The translations under genes were made by a program, and so were the position numbers. The notes under the pieces were generated by a model. It searched no databases. It was given only the letters and a program-made list of their open reading frames with translations, and had not been told where the DNA came from. This document shows, piece by piece, positions 53,637-64,000 of a DNA stretch of 64,000 nt (its first letter is position 1; the number at the start of each line of letters is the position of its first letter). This DNA comes from an uncultured Actinomycetes bacterium (GTDB lineage Bacteria; Actinomycetota; Thermoleophilia; Gaiellales; JAICJC01): assembly GCA_963727235.1 (NCBI GenBank), contig CAVSFZ010000026.1:65286-129285 (forward strand), in the 5' to 3' direction.

Positions 53637-53669
53637 GGTGAATAGCGGTGCCTGGCACCGTTATTCACC
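53637..53669. repeat. palindromic element, copy 3 (31-nt core, one G/A arm mismatch)
   Basis: G-GTGAATAGCGGTGCC-T-GGCACCGTTATTCAC-C. Each arm is one nt shorter than in the other copies. Confidence 0.8.
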
Positions 53670-53680
53670 CCGACCGCCCG

Positions 53681-53717
53681 GCGTGAATAAATGGTGCCTG
53701 GCACCATTTATTCACGC
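53681..53717. repeat. palindromic element, copy 4 (37-nt perfect palindrome)
   Basis: GCGTGAATAAATGGTGCC-T-GGCACCATTTATTCACGC. The TAA stop of the GNAT gene (53708-53710) lies inside it. Its centre is 46 bp from the centre of copy 3. Confidence 0.85.
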
Positions 53718-54511
53718 ATTTCCCACTGGGTGAGGGGTTCGAGGCGGGCGCCCAGCGCTCGGAGGAGCGCCGAGCCGTCCTCCCAGTCCTCCGGCATCAG
53801 AGCGGGCACGCTGATCCGGGTCGCCGGAAGGGCGCGGATCAGGGCGGTCGCCCGTCCCTGGCGACGGACGGCGGGATCGACGGCCAGCGCGTACAGCCAC
53901 AGCTTGCGGCCCCGCACCTTGGTCACGGCCACGGTGTCGTCCCCCAGGGCATACGCCGGCAGCTGCAGCAACGTCTCGGGCTGAAGCTGCCAGGGAGCGT
54001 CCGGCCACCCCCAGTCGCGCAGTCTGCGCACCGCCTCGGCCGGCGCAATCGCCTCCGCGCGGGAGGATCTGCGCAGCGACTGGCGTCGCAGGCTCCAACC
54101 CACCAGCTTGCGGCGAAGCTCGAAGCCGTGCTTTTGGTACAGCGCGATCGCGCCGGAGTTCTGCTCCAGCACCTCCAGCCCCACCTGCTCGGCGCCGGCC
54201 TCGCGCAATGACTCGAGTGTCCGCTCGAGCACCGCACTGCCAATCCCCCGGCGGCGGTGTGCGATCACCGTACCCTCCCCCCGGATGCTGCCCCGCGATC
54301 CCCGCACCGCTCCCAGGCAGAACGCAACCAGGGCGCCCTCCGCGTAGGCGCCCCAGGAGAGCGCCATCGAGACTCCGGTCTCCCGCAGATACACCGACAG
54401 CGCGACCTCATCAAGGGCCGCCGGAACGGGGTAGTCCGAGAAGGCATCCTGCTGGCACTCCACGATCCGAGAGAGCTGCTCACGCTCGAGCGATCGGAGC
54501 TCCACCGCCAT
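53708..54511 (-). CDS. GNAT-family N-acetyltransferase (two-domain)
   Basis: The ATG at 54511 gives MAVELRSLEREQL.... It carries the acetyl-CoA motif HRRRGIGSAVLERTLESLREAGA and YQKHGF. The upstream track extension is junk. Confidence 0.7.
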   Translation of the reverse strand: MAVELRSLEREQLSRIVECQQDAFSDYPVPAALDEVALSVYLRETGVSMALSWGAYAEGALVAFCLGAVRGSRGSIRGEGTVIAHRRRGIGSAVLERTLESLREAGAEQVGLEVLEQNSGAIALYQKHGFELRRKLVGWSLRRQSLRRSSRAEAIAPAEAVRRLRDWGWPDAPWQLQPETLLQLPAYALGDDTVAVTKVRGRKLWLYALAVDPAVRRQGRATALIRALPATRISVPALMPEDWEDGSALLRALGARLEPLTQWEMRE

Positions 54512-54516
54512 CGGGC

Positions 54517-55416
54517 TTACGCCCGCGGATGCGCCTTGAAGTACGCCTTGCGCACGTGGTCGGCGGAGACGTGCGTATACACCTGGGTGGTCTCGATGCT
54601 CGCATGCCCGAGCATCTCCTGGACGCTTCGCAGATCGCAGCCGCCCTCGATCAGATGGGTCGCGAACGAGTGCCGAAGCGTATGCGGTGTGACTTCCTTG
54701 GTCACACCGGCCGCGCGGGCGTGGTCTCGCACCAGCTGGAACACCGCCTGGCGGGTGATCCCCTGGCCGCGATGGTTGAGGAACAGCACGTCGCCACGCT
54801 GCAGTCGCCCCAGGTACGGCCGGCCGCGCTGAAGGTACAGGCGGGCGGCCTCGGTGGCGCTCTTGCCCATCGGCACCACCCGCTGCTTCGCGCCCTTGCC
54901 CATGCACCGCACCATGCCCTCGCCCAGATCCACATCTGACACCCGCAGCGACACCAGCTCCGAGACGCGCAGACCGGCGCCGTACAGGAGCTCCAGCATC
55001 GCCCGATCGCGCAGGCCCCGAGGGCTTCCGTCGGGGCGGGTCACGATCGCCTCAGCCTCGGCCTTGGTCAGGGGTTCGGGCAGACGGCGTCCGAGTCGCG
55101 GCAAGGTGACGCTGCGGCCGGCATCGGCCCGCGCCCCCTCCCGTGCACGATGCTTGAGGAATGCCCGCACTGCCGCCAGGCGCCGGCGAACCGTTGCCGG
55201 AGAAAGACCGCGATCCGACAGCGCCACCGCATAGTCGTCCAGCACCGAGACCTGCAGCGTGTCGGGATCGGCGTGCTCGGTGAAGTCGCCAAGGTCGATC
55301 AGGTCACGGCGATAAGCCTCGACCGTGTGCGGCGATGCCCCTCGCTCGAGTTGCAGGTGGGTCAGAAAGTCTTGAAGGGTGGCGTCGTACGAACTCATAC
55401 CGGGGAGGTTCGTCAC
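54517..55416 (-). CDS. xerD: tyrosine recombinase XerD
   Basis: N-terminal SAM-like core-binding domain and the C-terminal catalytic residues ...PHTLRHSFATHLIEGGCDLRSVQEMLGHASIETTQVYTHV. Confidence 0.9.
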   Translation of the reverse strand: MTNLPGMSSYDATLQDFLTHLQLERGASPHTVEAYRRDLIDLGDFTEHADPDTLQVSVLDDYAVALSDRGLSPATVRRRLAAVRAFLKHRAREGARADAGRSVTLPRLGRRLPEPLTKAEAEAIVTRPDGSPRGLRDRAMLELLYGAGLRVSELVSLRVSDVDLGEGMVRCMGKGAKQRVVPMGKSATEAARLYLQRGRPYLGRLQRGDVLFLNHRGQGITRQAVFQLVRDHARAAGVTKEVTPHTLRHSFATHLIEGGCDLRSVQEMLGHASIETTQVYTHVSADHVRKAYFKAHPRA

Positions 55417-55446
55417 TCCCCCGCGATGTCCTGCGAGCCGTTGTGA

Positions 55447-56562
55447 TCAGATCGCGACGGCCTGCTCGAGTGGCGTATACGGGAGCCCCACAGCCTCTGC
55501 CACCGGTTCACAGGTGATCGCGCCGGCAGCCACGTTGACCCCCAGCCGAAGCGCGGAGTCGTCGGCCAGCGCCCGCTCCAGCCCCTTGTTTGCGATCGCC
55601 TCCACGTACGGCAAGGTGACGTTGGTGAGCCCCCAGGTGGAGGTGATCGGCACCGCCCCGGGCATGTTTGCCACGCAGTAGTGCACGACGTCGTCGACAA
55701 CGTAGATCGGATCCGAGTGGGTGGTCGGACGCGAGGTCTCAAAACAGCCGCCCTGATCGATTGCGACATCCACCAGCACCGACCCCGGCTTCATCGCCGA
55801 GAGCATCTCGCGACTGACCAGGTGCGGCGCCTTGGCGCCGTGGATCAGCACACCGCCGATCACCAGGTCGGCCTCCGGCAGCGCCGCCTCGATGCCATGG
55901 CGGTTCGACATCTGCAACAGCACCGTGCGTCCCAGGCTCACATCCAGTTCCCGCATGCGATCGACCGAACGCTCGAACACCGTCACATCCGCCTGCATCC
56001 CCTGGGCGATCAGCGCGGCGTTGTAGCCGACGATGCCACCCCCCAGCACGAGCACCTTGGCCGGGAGCACGCCGGGAACGCCGCCCATCAGGCGACCCCT
56101 GCCGCCGAACGGCTTCATCAGGTAGTAGGCGCCCACCTGGGCCGACAGCCGTCCGGCCACCTCGCTCATCGGCGCCAGCAGCGGCAGCCGCCGGTCGGGC
56201 GTCTCCACCGTCTCATAGGCGATGCAGGTCGCTCCCGTTCCTGCCAGCCCGCGGGTCAGCTCTGCCGCCGCGGCCAGGTGCAGGTAGGTGAAAAGGATCT
56301 TCCCGGGTTGAAGCCGCTGCCATTCGCCGTCCAGCGGCTCCTTGACCTTCAGCACCATGTCGGAGTCCGACCACACGTCGTCCACCGACACGACCGTGGC
56401 ACCGGCGGCGCGATAGTCGTCGTCGCTCATCGAGCTTCCCTCGCCGGCACCCTGCTCGATCAGCACCCGGTGGCCGTGACTCACCAGCTCGACCACGCCG
56501 GCTGTGGTCAGCGCAACCCGGTACTCGTCCGGCTTGATCTCTCTCGCAACTCCGATGTTCAT
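55447..56562 (-). CDS. ald: alanine dehydrogenase
   Basis: MNIGVAREIKPDEYRVALTTAGV... and the VLVLGGGIVG NAD-binding motif. 371 aa. Confidence 0.93.
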   Translation of the reverse strand: MNIGVAREIKPDEYRVALTTAGVVELVSHGHRVLIEQGAGEGSSMSDDDYRAAGATVVSVDDVWSDSDMVLKVKEPLDGEWQRLQPGKILFTYLHLAAAAELTRGLAGTGATCIAYETVETPDRRLPLLAPMSEVAGRLSAQVGAYYLMKPFGGRGRLMGGVPGVLPAKVLVLGGGIVGYNAALIAQGMQADVTVFERSVDRMRELDVSLGRTVLLQMSNRHGIEAALPEADLVIGGVLIHGAKAPHLVSREMLSAMKPGSVLVDVAIDQGGCFETSRPTTHSDPIYVVDDVVHYCVANMPGAVPITSTWGLTNVTLPYVEAIANKGLERALADDSALRLGVNVAAGAITCEPVAEAVGLPYTPLEQAVAI

Positions 56563-56577
56563 GAACCTGCCCTCCGG

Positions 56578-57708
56578 TCAGCGCGGCTGAGGATTCTCGA
56601 GCGATCTCGCTTGGGTGATCAGCTCCAGCGTAACCGCTGTCATGGCCTCGAGGTCGGACACCGTGATGTGCTCCGATGCGGTGTGGATCTCGGCCATGCC
56701 GTTGCACAGGTTGACGCACGGCATTCCGGCGGCGTTGAAGACGTTGGCATCCGACCCGCCGCCCGACTCGAGCGACGCCGGTGTATGGCCCCGCGCTGCC
56801 AGTGCCGCCGTGGCGAGGCGCACGGCGGGATGTGAGCGCGAGAAGCGATAGCCCTCGTACTCCGACGTGATCGTGGATTCGAGTTGGCACTCGTACAGGT
56901 TGGCGGCGTGGGTGGCGACGTCGAGCATCTCCCGAGCCACGGCCGCAACCCGATCCGGGTCGCGGCTGCGGGCCTCCGCCATCACCGTGCACTCGGGCGG
57001 GACGATGTTTCCGGCAATCCCGCCGCGAATCAGCCCGACGTTGGCGGTCGTCTCCGAATCGATCCGGCCCAGCCGCATGTCGGCGACGGCGCGGGCCGCG
57101 GCGGCGATGGCACTTCTCCCCTGCTCCGGGGCGATCCCCGAATGGGCCGCCCGGCCCTGGAAGTGCAGGCGCAGGGTGCGCTGTGTGGGGGCGGCCATCA
57201 CGATGTTGCCGATCGGTGCCGCGTGGTCGTAGCAGTAGCCGAACGCGGCTCGCAGACGTGAGACATCGAACTGCTTGGCACCGCGCAGGCCCACCTCCTC
57301 CATCGGCGTCAGCACCAGCTCGATCCCCGAGTGGTCGATGCGGTCGGCCACCACCTGCTCGACGGCCGCCACCATGGCAGCGACCGCCGCCTTGTTATCA
57401 GCTCCCAGGATCGTCTCCTCGGCGTTGACCACCACGCCGTTTCGCACCTCGGGCCGGATCGGGGCGGTGGCAGGCACGGTGTCGAGGTGGGCATTCAGGA
57501 AGATCGGCGTGCCGGTGTCGACGGTGGGCGCCAGCCGGGCGTACAGATTCCCGATCTGCGAACCGATGGCCGCCCCGGCCGCGTCCTCGTCCACCTCCAC
57601 CCCGACCGCCGCCAGGCGGGCGGCGACCACATCGGCGACCGCCCGTTCCTCGCCGGGCGGGCTGGAGATCCCCGCCAACTCGAGGAACAGGTCGAGCACC
57701 GGGGTCAC
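56578..57708 (-). CDS. M20-family metallopeptidase (peptidase-T-like)
   Basis: The GTG at 57708 (GTGA overlap with the M32 stop) gives VTPVLDLFLELAGISSPPGEE. Carries HLDTV and EE.G metal-ligand motifs. Confidence 0.8.
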   Translation of the reverse strand: MTPVLDLFLELAGISSPPGEERAVADVVAARLAAVGVEVDEDAAGAAIGSQIGNLYARLAPTVDTGTPIFLNAHLDTVPATAPIRPEVRNGVVVNAEETILGADNKAAVAAMVAAVEQVVADRIDHSGIELVLTPMEEVGLRGAKQFDVSRLRAAFGYCYDHAAPIGNIVMAAPTQRTLRLHFQGRAAHSGIAPEQGRSAIAAAARAVADMRLGRIDSETTANVGLIRGGIAGNIVPPECTVMAEARSRDPDRVAAVAREMLDVATHAANLYECQLESTITSEYEGYRFSRSHPAVRLATAALAARGHTPASLESGGGSDANVFNAAGMPCVNLCNGMAEIHTASEHITVSDLEAMTAVTLELITQARSLENPQPR

Positions 57709-59213
57709 GCGGGTGCCAATCCGTACAGCGGACCGAACTTGGCCCACAGGTAGCGCATCAGCGGCCGGTGATCGAGCGCTCCCCCCGTCACTCGCTCGAT
57801 CAGCTCAGGGCCCTCGTACAGCGACCCGGGCTGATGGATGTGCTCTCGCAGCCAGCCCAACAGCGGCCCGAACTCGCCGACGGCGATCTGACCATCGACG
57901 TCAGGCAGGTCGCGACGCAGCCGCTCCCACAGCATGGCCGAGTAGATCGTTCCCAGGGTATAGGTCGGGAAGTACCCGAACGCGCCGCCCGACCAGTGGG
58001 TGTCCTGAAGCACGCCGTCGCCGTCGTGCGGCGGGCGGATCCCGAGGTGGCGCTGATACGCGTCGTTCCACGCGCCGGGGAGATCGGCGACCTCGAGCTC
58101 GCCGCGCATCAACGCCAGCTCCAGCTCGAACCGGATCAGCACGTGCAGGTTGTAGGTGACCTCGTCTGCGTCCACCCGGATCAGGGAGGCCCGCACGGTG
58201 TTGACGTGGCGGTAGACGTCCTCCGGGGAGGTGCCGGCCATCGGCGCCCCCAGGACATCACAGATCACGGGCGTGTAGTGCTGCCAGAAGCCGCGGCTGC
58301 GCCCGACCACGTTCTCCCACAACCGCGACTGCGACTCGTGCAGCCCGAGCGACGGCGGAGAGCTGACCGGGAGGTCCTCATAGGCCTGGTCCATGCCCTG
58401 CTCGTACAGCCCGTGGCCGGCCTCGTGGATCGTGCCCATCACCGATGGGAACGGGTCGTCGGCATACATCCGGGTGGTGATCCTGACGTCGCGAATGGCG
58501 ATTGCCGTCGAGAAGGGATGGGCGGAGAGATCCAGCCGCCCCGACTCCAGGTCGTATCCGAGATCCGGCAGTATCCGCAGGCTGAATCGCATCTGGGCGT
58601 CGTCGGGAAACGTTCTCCCGGCAAACGGCGGAGCCGGCAGCGGTTCCGCCGCAAGGATCTGATCCAGCAGCTCCGAGAGATCGCCCATGAGCGCCGCGAA
58701 CATCGGCTCCACCTGCGCCGTGCGCATCCCCGGCTCGTAGTCCTCGAGCAGCGCGTCGTAGCGCTCGCCGTCGTGACCGAGCAGGTCGGCCTGCTCGCGC
58801 TTGAGCGCCACCATCTCCTCCAGATGGGGCTGAAACAGCGCGAAGTCCTGCTGCGCTCGAGCCTCCTGCCACACGACGTTTCCACGCGTGGCAGTCATCC
58901 CGATCCGCCGCACCAGCTCGTCGGGCAGCCGCAGCGAACGATCGCGGTCGTGCCGCACCAGCCTCACGACCGCCGCCTGGTGGGGGTCCAGCGGTCCGCC
59001 CTCGGCCGCGTCCAGCAGCTCCCCCAGCTCGGGGGCGATCATCTGACGGTGCCGCAGCACTGCCACCGTCGACGTCGCCCGCGCTCTGGCCTCCACCCCG
59101 CCGGTGGGCATCGTCGTCTGACGATCCCACGAGAGCAGCGCCAGCACACGACCCAGCTCACCCAGCTCGCGCACGCGCTGCTCGAGCGCTTCCCAGGTCT
59201 CCTCGGCGGTCAC
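57705..59213 (-). CDS. M32 carboxypeptidase (Taq-type)
   Basis: HEAGHGLYEQG zinc motif, SAHPFS, and the HESQSRLWEN segment. 502 aa. Confidence 0.9.
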   Translation of the reverse strand: MTAEETWEALEQRVRELGELGRVLALLSWDRQTTMPTGGVEARARATSTVAVLRHRQMIAPELGELLDAAEGGPLDPHQAAVVRLVRHDRDRSLRLPDELVRRIGMTATRGNVVWQEARAQQDFALFQPHLEEMVALKREQADLLGHDGERYDALLEDYEPGMRTAQVEPMFAALMGDLSELLDQILAAEPLPAPPFAGRTFPDDAQMRFSLRILPDLGYDLESGRLDLSAHPFSTAIAIRDVRITTRMYADDPFPSVMGTIHEAGHGLYEQGMDQAYEDLPVSSPPSLGLHESQSRLWENVVGRSRGFWQHYTPVICDVLGAPMAGTSPEDVYRHVNTVRASLIRVDADEVTYNLHVLIRFELELALMRGELEVADLPGAWNDAYQRHLGIRPPHDGDGVLQDTHWSGGAFGYFPTYTLGTIYSAMLWERLRRDLPDVDGQIAVGEFGPLLGWLREHIHQPGSLYEGPELIERVTGGALDHRPLMRYLWAKFGPLYGLAPA

Positions 59214-59217
59214 CTGG

Positions 59218-60897
<1,680 letters not shown>

Positions 60898-60982
60898 TCA
60901 ACGTGTGACCGGTTACGGGATATGAATCATACGTGAGCAACGTGACGTCACCGTCCTGGGACGGCTCCCACGGCGGGTGGTT

Positions 60983-62656
60983 TCACGCACGTTGCGGGCT
61001 TTTGCGCAGCGCTTCGGCGTGCCGGCGAACGGTTTGGTCATCGTCATCGCCCCCCAGCATGCGCGCGAGCTCGTCGGTGAGAGCGTCGCCTTGGAGCAGC
61101 TGAACGGTGGTCTGGGTGGGATCGCCGGCCAGCTTCTCGACCCGGAAGTGGGCATCGGCCAGACTCGCGATCTGCGGGAGATGCGTGATCGAGATCACCT
61201 GCGCCTGCTCGGCCAGCCTTTTCAGCTTCTCGCCCACCGCCCGTGCGGTGAGCCCTCCCACACCGGCGTCGACCTCATCCAGGACGAGCGTCTCGGGTCC
61301 GCCGTGAGCACGCGCGGCCACCCGGATCGCCAGCGCGATCCGCGACAGCTCGCCGCCCGAGGCCGTGCTGGCCAGCGGGGCCGGGTCGAGCCCGGGGTTG
61401 GCGGCCAGCAGCAACTCGCAGCGATCTGCACCGCGGGCGCCCAGAGGAGCGTCGGTCAGCTCGACCACCAGCCGAGCCCCGTCCATGCCCAGGTCGGACA
61501 GCTCCTGCTCCACCGCCCGGGCGAATCCCTTGGCGGCCTTGGCGCGGGCGGCGTGGAGCTTGACCGCGGCGGCGTCGGCACGCTCTTGGGCGGCGTGCTC
61601 AGCGGCCTCGAGCTGCGCAATTGCGTCTCCCGATTGGTCGAGCAGATCAAGCGCCTCGCGGGCCTCCGCGGCGCGCGCCAGCACCTGATCGAGCGACCCG
61701 CCGAACCGGCGCTCGAGCTCTGCGAACAGCTCCAGCCGCTGCTCTATCGCCTCCAGCCGGCCGGGGTCGGCCTCGAGGTCGGCGGTGTGGCCGCGCAGCT
61801 CGGCGGTCGCCTCCTGCAGCCGCACACCGGCGTCGCGCAGCTCGGCCGAAACTGCCGCGAGGCTCGGCTCGAACCGCTCCGCGTCGGCCACCAGCTGCGA
61901 GGCCTGGGCGATCACCGTCTGGGCGCCGTCACCCTCGTCTGGCGACAGCAGTGCAATCGCACCGGTGATCGCGGCGGCCAGCTCGTCGAGGTGCCGCAGC
62001 CGCTCGCGCTCGACGGTGATCAGCTCGCGTTCTCCGGGCGCCACCTCGGCCGCGTCCACCCGCTCGACCAGATATTCGAGCTCCCCGCGGCGGCGGACGG
62101 CCTCCGCGGCGTGTTCGCGGGCGTCGGCGAGGGCAGCCCGAGCGGCCCGCAGCTCACTCCAGGCGGCGGCCATCGCGGCCAGCCGCCCGCCGTTGCCGGC
62201 GTGGCCGTCGAGCAGTGCCATCTGCACCGCGGGCTTGGCGATCCTCTGGGCCTCGTGTTGGGACGACAGCTCCAGCAGCCGCTCACCCAGCAGCTCGAGG
62301 TCGGTTCTGGCGCAGCTTCGCCCCCACACCAGTGCGCGGGTGCGGCCGGTGGCGAACACGCGCCGCGCGACCACCAGCGTGTCCTCTCCCTCGGGCCGGA
62401 GACCGGCCACCGCTTCCAGCGCCGGGTCATCCAGAAGCCCCTGGGGCAGCGCGAACTCCGCCTCCACGTAGGCCTCCTCGGCATGCGGCCCGACCGGCGC
62501 CGACCCGGGCTGGCCGCCGGCCAGCAGGCCGATCGCCTGGGCGAGCATGGTCTTGCCCGCACCGGTCTCGCCCGTGAACACCGACAGCCCCGAGGCGGGC
62601 TCGAGCTCGGCGTGCTCGATCAGGGCGAGGTTTTGAATGACCAGGCGCAGCAGCAT
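60983..62656 (-). CDS. recN: DNA repair protein RecN
   Basis: Walker A motif FTGETGAGKTML, a long coiled coil, and a C-terminal SGGELSRI...LVLDEVDAG motif. Confidence 0.95.
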   Translation of the reverse strand: MLLRLVIQNLALIEHAELEPASGLSVFTGETGAGKTMLAQAIGLLAGGQPGSAPVGPHAEEAYVEAEFALPQGLLDDPALEAVAGLRPEGEDTLVVARRVFATGRTRALVWGRSCARTDLELLGERLLELSSQHEAQRIAKPAVQMALLDGHAGNGGRLAAMAAAWSELRAARAALADAREHAAEAVRRRGELEYLVERVDAAEVAPGERELITVERERLRHLDELAAAITGAIALLSPDEGDGAQTVIAQASQLVADAERFEPSLAAVSAELRDAGVRLQEATAELRGHTADLEADPGRLEAIEQRLELFAELERRFGGSLDQVLARAAEAREALDLLDQSGDAIAQLEAAEHAAQERADAAAVKLHAARAKAAKGFARAVEQELSDLGMDGARLVVELTDAPLGARGADRCELLLAANPGLDPAPLASTASGGELSRIALAIRVAARAHGGPETLVLDEVDAGVGGLTARAVGEKLKRLAEQAQVISITHLPQIASLADAHFRVEKLAGDPTQTTVQLLQGDALTDELARMLGGDDDDQTVRRHAEALRKSPQRA

Positions 62657-62658
62657 CG

Positions 62659-63483
62659 TCAGCCCGAGAACGTCTGGCGGTAGCGGCTGAAGAACGACGT
62701 ATCCGACAATCGCCCCAACCTGGCGAATGCATCCCCCATGGTGACGGCGAATCGCCCGCCGGGCGGGACATCACCGGCGATGTGGCCATCCACGATCACC
62801 TGTACCGGCACGTCCACCGAGCGGTTGTGCAGCTCCACGCGATGGGGCCGGCCGAGCACCATCGATCGGGCGTGCAGGGAGTGCGGAGAAACGAACGACA
62901 CCACGAAGCCGTCCAGCCCCCAGGCCAGCACCGGGCCGCCCGCCGACAGGTTGTAGGCGGTCGAGCCGGTGGAGGTGGCGACGATCACGCCGTCGCAGCC
63001 GAGCTCTCCCAGCGACTGGCCGTCGACGCACCACTCCACCAGGGCCATGCGCCCCAGCAGCCCACTGGTCAGCACGATGTCGTTGATGCCGGTGAGCGTG
63101 CCCTGACCGGCGTCGCCGACGATGGTCGGCAGCCGCAGCTCCTCGAAGTCGCCCGCGAACGCACGCTCCAGTCCCTGCTCGAGATCGTCCGCGTCGATCG
63201 AGGTGAGAAAGCCGACCCGGCCGAAGTTGACGCCCAGGCACACCGCCCGGAACGGCAGCGCGGCCTGCAGCGCCCGCAGCATGGTGCCGTCGCCGCCGAG
63301 CACCACGATCATCTCGGCCCGATCGGCGTCGACCAGCCTCACGCCCAGGCGGTCGGCCAGCACCGCCACCCGCTCGGCGGCATCCCCGATCCGCTCAGGT
63401 CGCCCGTGGGTGAACAGGCTGGCCGTGCTGATCGCCCGGCCCGGTTGGGCCGAGGACGGCATCTGCGATCTGGGACTCGACAT
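62659..63483 (-). CDS. nadK: NAD kinase
   Basis: GGDGTMLRA motif and NFGRVGFL. The start is uncertain (ATG at 63483 or 63462) and overlaps the tlyA 3' end. Confidence 0.85.
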   Translation of the reverse strand: MSSPRSQMPSSAQPGRAISTASLFTHGRPERIGDAAERVAVLADRLGVRLVDADRAEMIVVLGGDGTMLRALQAALPFRAVCLGVNFGRVGFLTSIDADDLEQGLERAFAGDFEELRLPTIVGDAGQGTLTGINDIVLTSGLLGRMALVEWCVDGQSLGELGCDGVIVATSTGSTAYNLSAGGPVLAWGLDGFVVSFVSPHSLHARSMVLGRPHRVELHNRSVDVPVQVIVDGHIAGDVPPGGRFAVTMGDAFARLGRLSDTSFFSRYRQTFSG

Positions 63484-64000
63484 CGGTGGTGGGCTCCTGG
63501 GAGGTTTGAGGGGAGCACAGGGCGAGCAGATACTCACGGTTCCCCGCCGGCCCCCGCACACAAGAATCGCATATCCCAAGGACGGTGACGCCCAAGTCGG
63601 TGACAAAACCGCACATGTCGCGTAAAACCTGGCGGTGCACCTCCGGATCTCGCACCACTCCCTTGCGCACCTGGTCGCGACCTGCCTCGAACTGCGGCTT
63701 TACCAGCACCACCGCCCGCCAGGGAGCCGCCAGCACGCCGAACACGGGTGGCAGCACCAGCCGAAGTGAGATGAACGACACATCGGCGGTGGCGAACGTG
63801 GGCCGGAAGGGAAGGTCATCCGCGGTCAGCGAGCGGGCGTTGAGCCGGTCGATCACCGTCACCCGGGGATCGGCGGCCAGCCGCTCGTGCAGCTGGTTTC
63901 GACCCACGTCGACCGCGGCCACGCGAGCCGCGCCGTGGGCCAGCAGGCAGTCGGTGAAGCCCCCGGTTGAGGCGCCGACGTCCAGGCACAGCTCGCCCCG
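63395..64000 (-). CDS. tlyA: TlyA-family rRNA 2'-O-methyltransferase. Partial: the 5' end is outside the window
   Basis: The reverse frame at the window end reads ...GELCLDVGASTGGFTDCLLAHGAARVAAVDVGRNQLH (SAM-binding motif). tlyA-nadK-recN is a common gene order. Confidence 0.85.
   Translation of the reverse strand, partial: RGELCLDVGASTGGFTDCLLAHGAARVAAVDVGRNQLHERLAADPRVTVIDRLNARSLTADDLPFRPTFATADVSFISLRLVLPPVFGVLAAPWRAVVLVKPQFEAGRDQVRKGVVRDPEVHRQVLRDMCGFVTDLGVTVLGICDSCVRGPAGNREYLLALCSPQTSQEPTTDVESQIADAVLGPTGPGDQHGQPVHPRAT

Noticed and set aside
53637-53717. The tandem palindromes as a dif/Xer recombination site, because xerD is about 0.8 kb away
   Set aside because: dif sites are 11-6-11 with distinct XerC and XerD arms and are unique per chromosome. 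This motif has a 1-nt centre, identical arms and at least four dispersed copies. The proximity to xerD is probably coincidental.
53691-53984. ORFs beginning MVPGT.YS (53691-53984, 36559-36747, 36108-36575) and MPGTFYS (16822-17082)
   Set aside because: Their ATG-GTG-CCT-GGC-ACC starts are simply the palindrome core read in frame. The downstream sequence is antisense to real genes or is junk.

Overview
This is a very GC-rich, densely packed chromosomal segment of actinobacterial type; I did not compute an exact GC value. About 60 protein genes are supportable. I found no rRNA, tRNA, CRISPR array, transposase or integrase.

Two long runs of housekeeping genes lie on the minus strand (1-30489 and 42672-64000):
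- scpA/scpB, dnaE and ispG-rseP-dxr-cdsA-uppS-frr-pyrH-tsf-rpsB
- rluD-lspA and the tail of the division cluster (divIVA-yggT-proC-sepF-yggS-pgeF)
- hisD, murA, comB-ppdK-PDRP, glyQS, recO, mutM, deoA/deoB
- xerD, ald, two peptidases, pyrG and recN-nadK-tlyA

Many neighbouring genes are joined by 4-nt GTGA/ATGA start-stop overlaps.

Between the two runs sits a roughly 12-kb block, mostly on the plus strand (30534-42660), that holds nearly all the unassigned genes. It contains an SOS mutagenesis set split into two LexA-boxed units: an imuB-like inactive Y-family polymerase and dnaE2, 4.6 kb apart, with no imuA-like gene visible. It also contains an 84-aa stand-alone ORF that looks like a detached ImuB C-terminal module, small zinc-ribbon proteins, secreted and membrane proteins, and two AT-rich promoter islands.

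The most unusual sequence-level signal is a dispersed family of four near-identical 31-39 bp palindromes (GTGAATAA-nn-GGTGCC-T-GGCACC-nn-TTATTCAC). They show compensatory arm variation. All sit at gene 3' ends, and three of them supply the host gene's stop codon. They look like a REP-like element acting as a bidirectional terminator.

All functional calls come from reading the translated ORFs by eye; no database search was run. Start codons are often uncertain because the ORF track reports the longest ORF.
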